A DNA stretch of 64,000 nucleotides from Chiloscyllium plagiosum (taxonomy: Eukaryota), in assembly GCF_004010195.1 (NCBI RefSeq), contig NC_057749.1, forward strand, positions 7,939,901-8,003,900. The letters are read 5' to 3'. Positions 24,841-37,359 of this stretch are shown here, piece after piece; the first letter of the stretch is position 1; every line of letters begins with the position of its first letter. The notes under the pieces were generated by a model that did no database searches, had not been told where the DNA came from, and saw only the letters and a list, made by a program, of their open reading frames with translations. Made by a program: the position numbers and the translations under genes.

Positions 24841-27203
24841 TTATGCCATTCAACCCTTCGTGTCTGTTCCACCATTGTACTGGACCATATTTGGTCTTCA
24901 GCCTCAAATACACACCCATCCACCCCACTTCCCTGTTCCCCTGAAAGGTCACAAATCCATCCAGAGACTCACAATGGAATTCCTAATATTCTCAACCTTT
25001 TGATGAAGAAACCTCTTCTCATCTCAATCCCAAATAATTTGCTACTGTCTTACTCCATATGCCTGCCTTGGGAGGAGGTAACGGTGGAGGTATAACTCTT
25101 CATTGCTGGGTGGGGGTGGAGTTTGGCAGGGAGTTGGGGGGGTAGTTCCTGTGATTCGACGAGATGACCCAGGAAAGAGGTTGGAGGCAGTCACATTGGC
25201 TACCAGGTGCCATGATGTGCTGTTTTAAGACATCTTGGAGTTGTGGAAGTCATTTCCAGTTATAAGCCCTCCAGTCATCATCTCCCACTCACCCACACTC
25301 TCCCCATGCCCCATCCAAACCCACGGACTGGTTGAGAGCAGGAAGCAAGTGAATAAGCATGTCCAAGCTCTTAGTAATCTTTAAGGAGTTGAGACATCTC
25401 TTAAAGTATTCGTGGGTGACAAAACTTGCAGTGTTGTGAACTGTAGTCTGCATGAGGAAATCTTTTAAAAAGTAAGCTCAAAGGGTCTTCCTCATGCCTT
25501 CCATTGCCAGGATGTGCCTCCCCCCCCTCACTCCCATGGCACCTCAGGGCCTCTATGTTAACCTATGTTCTTTCACCCACACCATGGCCCCCATGCTGCC
25601 ATGCCAGGCTGTGCTATTAGCACCTCAAGAATACACCCTTACCCTCCATAACAAGCTATGCTCCCACATTAATGGATTGATACACTGTCATCTAGCCACA
25701 TTATACATTTTTGGCTGGGAGCCCACACATCCATTAGAATGCTGAAACAGCTAAGCCCAAGTGAACCAAGACATTTGACTGACAGCTCTGGTTCTCTGAT
25801 ATCATGAACCAATGACTGGACTTTTCTCAAAGCTTTTTTTAAACATATCCTATTCTCATGATGGGATGCATTGCTTCTGTGTGGCGTGAATGAGTAGGGA
25901 AGTGTGATAGGTTGATATGGGGGTCTTCATAGTCTTGGAGGTGGCTGACAGGTAGTGCTTGGCATAGGGGAATGAGGGACCATGAGTGAAGGATGCATGA
26001 TGGATGTGCACAGTGTTACTGGTGTACATGAGGCACTGTGTGGATAGATGAAGTGGGAAGAGGTGACACAGATGGGGCATGGATGGGTGAGTGGGAGATG
26101 AGGAGAGGAGATGCTTCTTTTCTTATAACTGGGAACAAATTCCACAGCACCAAGATATTGTTAAACAGCACATTATGGTAACTGGCAGCTAATGTTACTG
26201 CCTCCAACATTTTTCCAGGGTCATCTCATCCAATCATGGTTCCCATCCAGCAATGAAGACTTGTGCTTCCGGAGTTGCTTCTTCCCAAGGCAGGCACGTG
26301 GGAGCAGGAACTTTCTTAACGTCAGCTACCTGTCTCCAGGGTAGACGACCAGTGTTGACCAACCTTTGGTGAGCACTCTGGAAATTTGGCAACCCCAGCA
26401 ATGAGGTGCGGAAGACCAAAATTGGGAGCTGCTGCCCTTTGAAACGATTCCCAGGTCATCCCGATTTGATGAAAATCCAAACCATCTCCAGCAGTCCATC
26501 ATGCAGCACAGTGATCACGTAAGAGTGCCTTTAAAATCCAAAAATAGTCCAAAACAATATAGTTGACATTCAGAGTCAAATTCCCAGCTGTCAATTCATT
26601 CTATAGCTCCAGTTTAACAAAGGAGCACAGAAATTGAAAGCTGGAGAAGCTCATTCAGACCCTAGATCCTGCTCCACAATTCAATAAGGTCATGGCTAAT
26701 CTGATAGTGGCCCCAGCTCCACTTTCCTGTCCGCTAATCAGCCCCTGCCCCCGCTCCCAATTAACCCTTGGGGTGCGCAAAGTCTGCCTAGCTTAGCCTT
26801 GAAGATATTCAATGGCCCAGCTCGTCTCTGTGTTCTTGTGAAGAGAATCGCATGAATTTAATGACCCTGATGCTTTGACACAACAGAAGTGTGGGTGTTG
26901 ACCTTAAATTGACCACGTTTGTACGTTAGCCATGCACCACCTTTGAACTTTATTTATATTCACGCTCTGCAGCCGGAGAGCTGGTGCAATTCATTTTCTC
27001 CGAAGGAAACGAGATTCTGCAATGACATCAATTAATCACAAAGGCTCTAATTACAATCCAATTAGCCTTTTCCACATGCCAGTAATGTGCACACACCATG
27101 AACACTTTCCCTTTCTCAACATTTTTTAATCTGAGATCGGTTTATTTGATTGCCCGAGGGTCACCTCCAGAACACGGCTGGGAGGTCAATAGGTGAAATG
27201 TCA

Positions 27204-28011
27204 GGTATGTGGATGACACCTTTGTAATCATTAAAACACAGAAATAGAGAACCACACCGGATCATCAACGCCACACTCACAGGAATCCAATTCACTAGAG
27301 AGGAAGAAAAGGACAACAACTCCCATTCCTAGACGTGATGGTACAGAGAACACCGAACGGAGAATTCGCCACAAAGGTATACAGGAAAGCCACACACACA
27401 GACCAAGTCCTGAACTACGAAAGCAACCACCCCAACAAACACAAAAGAAGTTGCATCAAGACACTGTTCAAAAGGGCTACAACACACTGCAGTACACCAG
27501 AACTGCAAAAAGAGGAAGAAGAACACCTATACAATGTATTCGCCAAAAACGGATACCCGCGCAATTTCATCAACAGATGCCTAAGGGAAAGACAACAGAA
27601 TGAGGACATGCCACAACCCAAAGGACTAGCCAAACTACCGTACATCAAGAGCATTTCTGAACTGACAGCCAGANNNNNNNNNNNNNNNNNNNNNNNNNNN
27701 NNNNTCGACTGGGACAACATTACTATTATAGGACAAGCCAAACAGAGAACAGCCAGGGAATTCCTAGAGGCATGGCACTCATCCACAGATTCAATCAATA
27801 AGCACATCGACCTGGACCCAATATACCGACCACTGCAACGGACAGCTGGAACTGACAACCGGAAGCGGCAGAGACAAACCACTATAAATGCCGGAGGAAA
27901 CATCACAGAAGCGCTTCACAGGAGGCACCCAAACACTGAGGATGTCACCTGGACAGGGGACAAAATGTCTGCAACACAAATTCCCAGCTCGGTGAACAGA
28001 ACCACAACAAC
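27204..28011 (+). mobile_element. Penelope-like element, 5'-truncated (RT C-terminus, endonuclease end, terminal repeat)
   Basis: Starts at RYVDDTFVII; ORF 27335-28069 has VYRKATHTDQVLNYESNHP and DWDNITIIGQ..REFLEAWHS; TSD aggtgaaatgtca at 27191-27203 and 28012-28024. Confidence 0.93.
27936..27969 (+). ncRNA. CpG-decayed hammerhead core in the PLE terminal repeat
   Basis: CTGAGGA-T-GTCACC-TGGACA-GGGGAC-AAAA-TG-TC; GAAACG appears to have become AAAATG. Confidence 0.6.
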
Positions 28012-28729
28012 AGGTGAAATGTCATCTGGTAGGGTTGAAGTCCAAGAACTAAATATCGACAATACTTAATATAGTGTAAAGGACTTTGGTTGCAAAAAGC
28101 GTCAAAAGCAGTTTTCGTGAAACCCACCACTTTCTGTAGGAAAACCTTTAGGCTTAACAAAGAAGTATCGTTCTTACAGCACAGTGCTTCGATGATGACC
28201 TGCACAGTGATTCCAACTCCTTGTAAATCAATAAAGACAAATGATTGCTTAGTTATCTGAAGGAAGCACTGCTTGCCAGAGATAAGGAGCATTCGGGAAA
28301 TATGTTAAACTGTGGCTCTCTGCACACCTTGATCAGATGGAATTGGACTAAAGTCATAGCGTTTATTGACTTGCATGGTGAGTTTGTGATCAAGGTCATG
28401 TTTCCTATATTATATGAAACCAGAAAGATTTGGAGTCTGAATTGCTGTCTTAGTTATTTCCCCTTGTAGATATTTTCTAATCAACCTGTTCAGAGATGTT
28501 ATTACATGCCCATAGGTAGGAACACTACCATTATGCTATAAGAGTCCTTATTTTGCCTTGTATACAGAGATGTATGAAAACATTTTTGATTCAAACAATC
28601 TCCCCTTTGTATTACGGGGTGATTTTCTTCACTGCTTTTCTCTATCAAAAGTGAGATTGCATATTCAAATTATTCATTTATTCTGTTGAGTGACCCCAAT
28701 AGTATTTCTCGATCTATGGATGTGCCAGC

Positions 28730-28912
28730 ATCGAATCATAGGATCCCCACAGTGTGGAAGCAGGTCATTTGGCCCACACCAACACTTCGAAGAGCATCCC
28801 ACCCAGACCTACCCCATCCCTGTAACCCTGCATTGCCATGGTTAATCCCTCTAGCCTGCACATCCCAGGATGCTCTGGGAAATATCCCGTGGCAAATCTA
28901 GCTAACCTGCAA
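28730..28912 (-). mobile_element. HE1 SINE 3' half
   Basis: catcgaatcataggatccccacagtgtggaagcagg...ctagcctgcacatcc...aacctgca. Confidence 0.75.
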
Positions 28913-29350
28913 AACATAGAAAACAGGAGGAGTAGGCCACTCAGGTGGGTTCCTTGATTCAGTGCGATCATGGCTGATCTGTTTGTGTTTTTATTCCACA
29001 CTCCTACCTAACCCCAAGAATCTTTGATTTCTTTGCCTAACAAGAACCTATTTAACCTTAAAAACATTCAGTCACTCCAAATTGTAAAAGCCTTAAATAC
29101 ACTCAGTTTGCATTCATCTGATGTGGTATATTAAAAAAGGAATTGATCTGAAGGCTAGATCCATGGGTGGAGGGGTCTGAAATCTTCACTCGTTCTCACA
29201 AGTTAATTTTGAAGTCAATTCCTCATTTGGTATATTGGTTTGGATGCTGGGATTTTGGATCCTTGGGAGGCTTCCTTGTCAGTGTTGGAGGTTTCCTTTG
29301 TCTTGTCAATAGGTTGATTCATCTCAATCCAGTCCTAATGAATATTCAGA

Positions 29351-29562
29351 GCTGAAAATGTGTTGCTGGAAAAGCGCAGCAGGTCAGGCAGCATCCAAGG
29401 AACAGGAGAATCGACGTTTCGGGCATAAGCCCTTCTTCCTCCAACCACAAGGGATGAACTCTTATTTCCAGACCATAGCAACACGACGGTTGGAGGAAGA
29501 GCGCCTCATCTTCCGCCTAGGAACCCTCCAACTACAAGGGTTGAACTCTTATTTACAACAAA
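29351..29562. mobile_element. Chimeric PLE insertion: inverted terminal-repeat arm joined to the PLE ORF C-terminus, 18-bp TSD
   Basis: TSD tcctaatgaatattcaga at 29333-29350 and 29563-29580; plus-strand peptide ATRRLEEERLIFRLGTLQLQGLNS. Confidence 0.88.
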
Positions 29563-30440
29563 TCCTAATGAATATTCAGACCCAAAGAAGAAACCCACCT
29601 AAACCTCACACTGAACAGCAATCTCACTCAGAGATTGAAGAGGTGCCAGTGCTGAGGATCCCTGATTCAAAGGTTTTCAAGGTCTCATTGTTTCGGAGAA
29701 CGCTATAAGTTTGTTCATGCAGAACGTGAGCATTGTTGAAAAGACAAGACGTGCTGTCTTAGGGTTTTGCCTTGCACTGATCAGGACAGATACAAAAATG
29801 CCACATTTTGAAGGGAACAATAATTTCTGCTACCCATGAAAAGGGCTCTAATTGATTATTTAGTGGATGCTTATGGAAAAAGATTGGAGGCAGTAACATT
29901 GGCTGCCAGTTACCACAATGTGCTGTTTAACAATATCTTGGTGCTGTGGAATTTGTTCCCAGTTATAAAAAAAGAAGGAGAAGGTATTGCAGGAGGATGC
30001 AGTTACAGTTCATTGAGGAGTTTTCAGGGAGGAAGCATCAGGCAACACTGTTTTGAATGTTGGTATTCCTTCAACAATTCATCTCTCCTTTAGCATGGGA
30101 AGTTCTCTGTTCGAAAAGAGGTAAATGAGAGCAGGTTGCATCCAATAGGCTTATATTCCCTAAAGTATAGTACACTGAGGAGTACTGTCATTGAGGTCTT
30201 TCAAGGATCTAATAGTTTTTTTTTTCCATCAACCCTGATTCTCCTTGTGGGTGGATCCTGGAAAAGGTTGGGGGTGGAGGAGGAGAAAAGGACCTGAAAT
30301 TGAGAGCCAGGACATTGGGGATATTTCACAGGGTGGTAGAAAGCTGAAATTCTCCCACTAACAAAGTGTAGAGGTCAGGAGCCTATTGGAGGTTCTAAAA
30401 CTGAGATCAATAGATTTTTGCCAGACATGGACCATGGAAT

Positions 30441-30670
30441 TGTAGTAATTGGAACTATGGCCAGGTGGATCTCAGGGACAATGAGATCCCTGATTGGGGT
30501 TGCTAACCTGGACCAATCAGAGAGCCCTGGCTGATAGATATAAACAGGGGATTCAGAATCTCCTCAGTCTAGGGAGTGACTTGAAATGGCTGGTCAGAGC
30601 CCATGTACTGTGCACATGGAAATAAAGGGTGACTTGGTGAGGGAATACTGGGCTCTGTGCAGTTTTTTCA
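30441..30670 (+). mobile_element. Probable solo LTR inserted in an old CR1 fragment (about 30080-30785)
   Basis: TG...CA ends; ccaatc, tataaa and aataaa in order; flanks ggaat and ggatt; related minus copies near 32300-32400 and 63262-63370. Confidence 0.65.
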
Positions 30671-30955
30671 GGATTGAAGGTGGTTCTGTGAAGTTAAGAT
30701 ACAAATCAATCATAGTGTATCGGAGAGGCAGAATGCATACATGGGGTCTGAATGTCCTCCTCCTGCTCGGATGACACCATAAGGTCAAATAAACTTCAAA
30801 ACCATGAAAAGAACTTATAGATGTGAAAATACCTCCTTCTTGGCAAACTCAGAAACAGGGAACTTGAATGCCTAATGCAGACAGTGTTTTATTGAAAACC
30901 ACAAATGCTGGAGATCACAGCGGGTCAGGCAGTCTCCATGGAGAGAGAGCAAGCT

Positions 30956-30986
30956 AATGTTTCGAGTCTAGATTACTCTTCGTCAG
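30956..30986 (-). ncRNA. Hammerhead core in another PLE arm family (element about 30893-30998)
   Basis: Minus strand reads CTGACGA-A-GAGT-AATCTAG-ACTC-GAAA-CA-TT; the mirror arm starts ctgatgaaga at 30989. Confidence 0.6.
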
Positions 30987-31831
30987 ATCTGATGAAGATG
31001 TTATTTCCAAATAGCATTCCATTGACCCCACATCAAGAATTTAACAAAGAAATGGAACGGAAACTGGCAACCATCTTAAAGACACTAGAATGAATCGACC
31101 TAACCTCTTCCTCCCTCTCAGTTGGAAATCTTCAATGTGTTGGTTTTGGGAGCATTTTGTTACTTCGACTTGGGATATTGTTTGAAAGTTAACTCTGCAA
31201 GTTTTAAAAAAAGCTTGAAATAATAGCCCTCTGGATATAAACAAGCTTGCAGCAACAATTTGGGAATCGAGCTGTGCTGTAAACAACTCTAACTGTGACT
31301 CTGCATCACCTGCTGCCTTATTGCCTGAGGAAGTGGAGGTTAGTTCTGTACAAGCAAACCTCCGAGGCAATGAGGCTGTTTCAGGTTTATTAGCAAAAGG
31401 CACATTAGTTCCCCAACTCCCACTTTATTCCTCTACGAGAGACAAAATGCAATTTAATCAGAAACAAATCTTGACTTTGCCTGTGCTTTTCTCTACCATT
31501 GTCTTGGGACTATCTCCTCATCAATGTCAACTTCATAGCTTCACAGGTGGAAGGGCCCCTCAGTTGTTATGCACTCTGAACACTGTCGGGAATTCTCTTT
31601 TCCTCTCTGCTGCAAGTCAAGGCCATAATATTGATAAACAAAATCTCCCCATTTCAGTCCGTGCCATGGAGATATTAAAAAACAATTAGGTCACACTCAA
31701 TCATTCAGATTGCAAGATATTAGTTTGCTCTGTATTCTGTGGTGCATTGCTCAATCCTTCTCAGAATATGGCCAGCAGAGGGTCTCCCCAAAGGGCACAT
31801 GGACTGGTCAATAATGAAAATCTTGTATTTA

Positions 31832-32255
31832 AAGTCATAGAGCCATACAGCATGGAAACAGACCCTTTAGTTCTATGAGACCACACCAACCATGTGCCCA
31901 AATTAAACTAATCCTAACTGCCTGCACTTGGCCCATTCCTATTCATGAACATATCCCAAATGTCTTTTTAATGTTGTAACTGTGCCTGCATCTATCACTT
32001 TCGCTGACAGTTCATTACACACACGAACCAGTCTCCATGTAAAATTAAGTTGCCCCTCATGCTCTTTTTAAATATTTCTCCTTCACCCCTCTTAAAATAT
32101 TCTCCCCAGTTTTTGAACTCCCCTGCTCTCGAGAAAAGACCCTTTGTCATTCAACTTATCACAGTTTTATAAACCTTCATAAGACAGTACCTCACCAACA
32201 TCCTGTGCAACCTCAACATTCCAACTTGTATACTCAAATGCCTGAGCAATGATGT
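31832..32255 (-). mobile_element. CR1 3' fragment
   Basis: agtcatagagccatacagcatggaaacagaccc tail; ttttataaacc. Confidence 0.75.
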
Positions 32256-34291
32256 TGGCCATATTCAGGTAAATTTCATCGAACCACCTTCATTCCTGAA
32301 AGAACTGCACAGAGGCTGATACCCCGTCACCAAGTCCCCCATTTTTTATATATGCACAGTCCGTGAGCTCTGACTAGCTTACTCAAAGCTGGTGCCTAGA
32401 CAGGTTAAAGCTAGTAATAAGAGCCATATCTTCATGTACAGTTCCAGTAAGCTAAAGGGAGTTGGATAGCTCAGTTAGCTGGACAGCTGGGAGAGAACAG
32501 CACAGGTTCAGTTCCCACACCAGCCCTGGTCACCATGAATGTTCTAGCTTCTCAATACACGTGATCCTTGGGTAAAGCTCACCAGCAGTCATCTCTCTCT
32601 AATACAAGAGCAGTTCTCATGGACTATGGCAACTCTACGTAACCAATAAACTGGCCTCCCTTCTCCAGTTCAAAAGCAGCCATTGCTATTCCCAACAAAA
32701 TATAACAGTGGGATCAGAGTTCTGACACCCAAGGAGCTGTGAACTAAGAAAAAGAACCAGTTAGACATGAGACTTCAGGTTGGAACCAGCCAGCACTCCC
32801 GTTCTGAAGGAGGGTCATTGGACTTTAAACATTGATGCTGCCAGACCTCCAGCAAATTTTGTTTGTTCTGGTCTCCAGAATCCACAGTTCTTTGTTCTAT
32901 TATATCACCTCATCAACAGCAATATTTTTCTCCTTAATTCTGATAATATTTTTTGATGAGTGAAAGGGGCTGAGGTGGAACCAATCATGGTCAACAGGCT
33001 TGCCCTGCCTAAGTAGTCTCGGGATGAAAGAGTTTGAGACCCACTAAGTACCAGTCCCTGTTGGCATGAGAGTACCTGACCCACAAGTTACCACATAAAC
33101 CCTTAAGAAACCAACTATTGTTATGTTAAATATTAATGTTATCCCTAATTTGATGTAGAGATAGTGTTTAATGAGTAAGTAGATGAAACCTCTCAGCTAA
33201 GCTGTAATATTCTTCTACCTTTTCATGGGATATAGACATCACTGGTGAGGTCTGCATTTGTTGTCCATCCCTTGAACTGAATTGCTGGCTAGGCCCTTTC
33301 AGCCAGAAGTTAAAAGTGGTCCACGTTGGATCTGGAGTCAGAAATGTGAGAGACCAGAAGAGCTGGATGGTAGGTTTGTGATATATGTTGTTGCTAACAG
33401 GTTCAGATTTCATTACAGGCCAAAGTCACCTTGAAGAATTGGTTTTTGTACCCTTATCCCCCTTGTCTTAAGCATGGTAGCCCTCAGGTTAACTCACCAA
33501 TAGTCACCTCCCTTTTTCTCTCTAATGAGAGAACAGCCAATAGTCCTCTGGACCTATGACGAATATCACTTTTGCCTCAAGACTTTAGTGGATCAGATGG
33601 TGCTTACAACTACCATTGATGAGCCAAAGGTCACCAATATTCTTTAATTCCAGATTTTACTTGGAATCCACGAACTGCTGTGGTTGGACTTGAACCTTTG
33701 TCTCCAGGGAATTGTAAAGAATTATGGGAGTGAAGTTGAAGTAAACTTGGTGATTCACTACTCTGTGTTCTTTAGGTTGTGTGTAATAAATACAGCCACA
33801 ATGCTCCAGTAATGGAGAAGGTGTGCACTGAGTCTAGGGGCAGGAACACCAATCAAACCAACTACTACATCCAACCAAGCGAGTAAGAAGTGTTCCATCA
33901 CATTGCTGACTTTATCTTTTTAGATGATGAAGAGGTTTTGGGGGTCAACAAGTTAGTAATTCATCACAGAGTACAGCCAAGCTTTCCCACTGACAGCACT
34001 GATACATCTGATCCCGATTCAATTTCTGGTTAATGATGTCCACTCGGATTTTACTAGGGGTGGAGCTCAACTACGATGGGGCCAAAGGGAAATAGTTAGG
34101 AATACCTCTCATTTTGACATAGGTACACATGTTAGGAAATGACATCTGAATATTATCCACTGCATCACAGTCCAAGCCTTAAAGTTATCTGGTTTACTGT
34201 GTGTATGGAGTCCAGTTACCTTGAGTACAAATGTGCTTTTTTATAACTCTTTATAAGGTATAACTCTGTAAGATATAACTTATAACTATTT

Positions 34292-37200
34292 AAGATGGCA
34301 GCGGAGTAGCAGGACTGAGCCATGGGCCTGTCTGCTACTTTTGTTCCTATTTTTACTTTTGCTCTTGATTTTTTTTTTGGTGTGGAGAGTGGCAGGTGTA
34401 GGAGGAGACAGAAGTACCAATGCTAGGATGAGTTAGACACAGCTTCCCCCTAGCCTGGGGTCTGCTGGTAATTGAGGAGCAGGTCCCGCTCTGACTCCCT
34501 CAGGTGCGGAACCCAAAGGCGAGGCTGAGGCTCCAGGTCTCTGCCTAGGCCTGGGCACCTGAAGCACTGGAAGTATCGGCGAAAGGGACAGCGGAGGACC
34601 CCGATGACCGAGGAAAAGTCAGGAGGAGCATCGGGTGGGGAACAAGAGGGATGGAATCCAAGCACTCCCGATCCCGTGGCTCCAGCTTGACAGCGGCAGT
34701 CGTGAATATTGCAGTGGTGGAGGCCCGAGACAGAGACCCAAGAGCTCGTTACAGAGACCTCAGGGCCTGTTACAGAGACCCCGGAGCGTGTTACATAGAC
34801 CCCGGAGTCTGTTACAGAGACCCTGGAGCCTCTTAGAGAGACCCCGGGGCCTGTTACAGAAACCCCGGGGTGTGTTACAGAGACCCCGGGGCCTGTTACA
34901 GAGACCCCGGAGCGTGTTACATAGACCCCGGGGTCTGTTACAGAGACACTGGAGCCTCTTACAGAGACCCTGGAGCCTCTTACAGAGACCCCGGGGCCTG
35001 TTACAGAGACACTGGAGACAATTACAGAGACCTCGGAGACAGTTACAGAGACCCCGGGGCCTGTTACAGAGACTCTGGAGACAGTTACAGAGACCTCGGA
35101 GACAGTTACAGAGACCCCGGAGTCTGTTACAGAGACCCTGGAGACAGTTACAGAGACCCCGGAGACAGTTACAGAGACCCCGGGGCCTGTTACAGAGACC
35201 CCGGAGACAGTTACAGAGACCTCGGAGACAGTTACAGAGACCCCGGGGCCTGTTACAGAGACCCCGGGGCCTGTTACAGAGACCCTGGAGACAGTTACAG
35301 AGACCTCGGAGACAGTTACAGAGACCCCGGAGTCTGTTACAGAGACCCCGGAGACAGTTACAGAGACCTCGGAGACAGTTACAGAGACCCCGGGGCCTGT
35401 TACAGAGACCCCGGGGCCTGTTACAGAGACCCTGGAGACAGTTACAGAGACCTCGGAGACAGTTACAGAGACCCCGGAGTCTGTTACAGAGACCCCGGAG
35501 ACAGTTACAGAGACCCCGGAGACAGTTACAGAGACCCCGGGGCCTGTTACAGACACCTCGGAGACAGTTACAGAGACCCTGGAGACAGTTACAGTGACCC
35601 CGGAAACAGTTACAGAGACCCCGGGGCCTGTTACAGAGACCCTGGAGACAGTTACAGAGACCTCGGACACAGTTACAGAGACCCCGGAGTCTGTTACAGA
35701 GACCCCGGAGACAGTTACAGAGACCCCGGAGTCTGTTACAGAGACCCCGGAGACAGTTACAGAGACCCCAGAGACAGTTACAGAGACCCCGGGGCCTGTT
35801 ACAGAGACCCCGGAGACAGTTACAGAGACCCTGGAGACAGTTACAGAGACCCCGGGGCCTGTTACAGAGAGCTCGGAGACAGTTACAGAGACCCCGGGGC
35901 CTGTTACAGAGACCTCGGAGACAGTTACAGAGACCCTGGAGACAGTTATAGAGACTTCAGAGACAGTTACAGAGACCCCGGGGCCTGTTACAGAGACCTC
36001 GGAGACAGTTACAGAGACCCCGGAGACAGTTACAGAGACCTCGGAGACAGTTACAGAGAACCCGGAGTCTGTTACAGAGACCCCGGAGACAGTTACAGAG
36101 ACCCCGGAGTCTGTTACAGAGACCCCGGAGACAGTTACAGAGACCTCGGAGACAGTTACAGAGACCTCGGAGACAGTTACAGAGACCTCGGAGACAGTTA
36201 CAGAGACCCTGGAGCCTCTTACAGAGACCCTGGGGCCTGTTACAGAGACCCTGGAGACAGTTAGAGACCTCGGAGACAGTTACAGAGACCCTGGAGACAG
36301 TTACAGAGACCCTGGAGCCTCTTACAGAGACCCCGGGGCCTGTTACAGAGACCCTGGAGACAGTTACAGAGGCCCTGGAGCCTCTTACAGAGACCCCGGA
36401 GCCTGTTACAGAGACCCTGGAGACAGTTACAGAGACCTCGGAGACAGTTACAGAGACCCTGGAGCCTCTTACAGAGACCCCGGGGCCTGTTACAGAGACC
36501 CTGGAGACAGTTACAGAGACCTCGGAGACAGTTACACTGACCTCGGAGACAGTTACAGAGACTTCGGAGGCAGTTACAGAGACCCTGGAGACAGTTACAG
36601 AGACCTCGGAGACAGTTACAGAGACCCCGGAGACAGTTACAGAGACCCCGGAGACAGTTACAGAGACCCTGGAGACAGTTACAGAGACCCTGGAGACAGG
36701 TACAGAGACCCTGGAGACAGTTACAATGACCCCGGAGGCAGTTACAGAGACCTCAGAGACAGTTACAGAGACCCCGGGGCCTGTTACAGAGACCCTGGAG
36801 ACAGTTACAGTGACCCCGGAGACAGTTACAGAGACCTCGGAGACAGTTACAGAGACCCCGGGGCCTGTTACTGAGACCTCGGAGACAGTTACAGAGACCT
36901 CGGAGACAGTTACAGAGACCCCGGAGACAGTTACATAGACCCCGGGGCCTATTACAGAGACTCTGGGGCCTGTTACAGAGACCCCAGGGCCTGTTACAGA
37001 GACCCTGGGGCCTGTTACTGAGACCCCGGAGACAGTTACAGAGACCCCAGGGCCATGTTACAGAAACCCTGGAGCATGTTACAGAGACCCCGGAGCCTGT
37101 TACTGAGACCCCAGCCAACAGGAGGAACAGCAGAGGCGGAATCAGAAGGCGAGAGAATGATGAAGTCTATTGCATCTATTCTTGCATTATATTCAGTGTT

Positions 37201-37299
37201 TCAAGGTGGTGCTGGAGCATGGTGACTCTTTGAGTATAACACGTGAAAAAATCTTTTTGACTGTTTTCTTATATACATGAGACAACAAATCTAAATCTA
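34292..37299 (+). mobile_element. Non-autonomous retroposon (AAGATGGC head, Rex1/Babar-like tail) hosting the 21-bp array
   Basis: aagatggcagcgg at 34292 then a T-rich tract; 3' tttttgactgtttt...catgagacaacaaatctaaatcta; ctattta at both ends. Confidence 0.55.
34730..37115 (+). repeat. 21-bp minisatellite (gttacagagaccccggagaca and variants), roughly 110 units
   Basis: ttacagagacc recurs every 21 bp over about 2.4 kb; interspersed variants end in ggggcct, ggagtct, ggagcct or tcggagaca. Confidence 0.97.
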
Positions 37300-37359
37300 T
37301 TTACTGCATACAGGATACACACATTTCTTCGACTCTAGTAACACTCCTGCCTCCTACAA

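Noticed and set aside
31041..31689. 120-aa ORFs on both strands
   Set aside because: No recognisable homology; length compatible with chance
34450..36874. Long ORFs (320-464 aa) as a mucin-like or repeat-protein gene
   Set aside because: Several frames on both strands are open because the unit is 21 bp; a 2-bp deletion near 36263 shifts the frames; there is no signal peptide, unique domain or splice context
34730..37115. CRISPR-like array
   Set aside because: No unique spacers, only a few recurring variants; eukaryotic context and no cas genes
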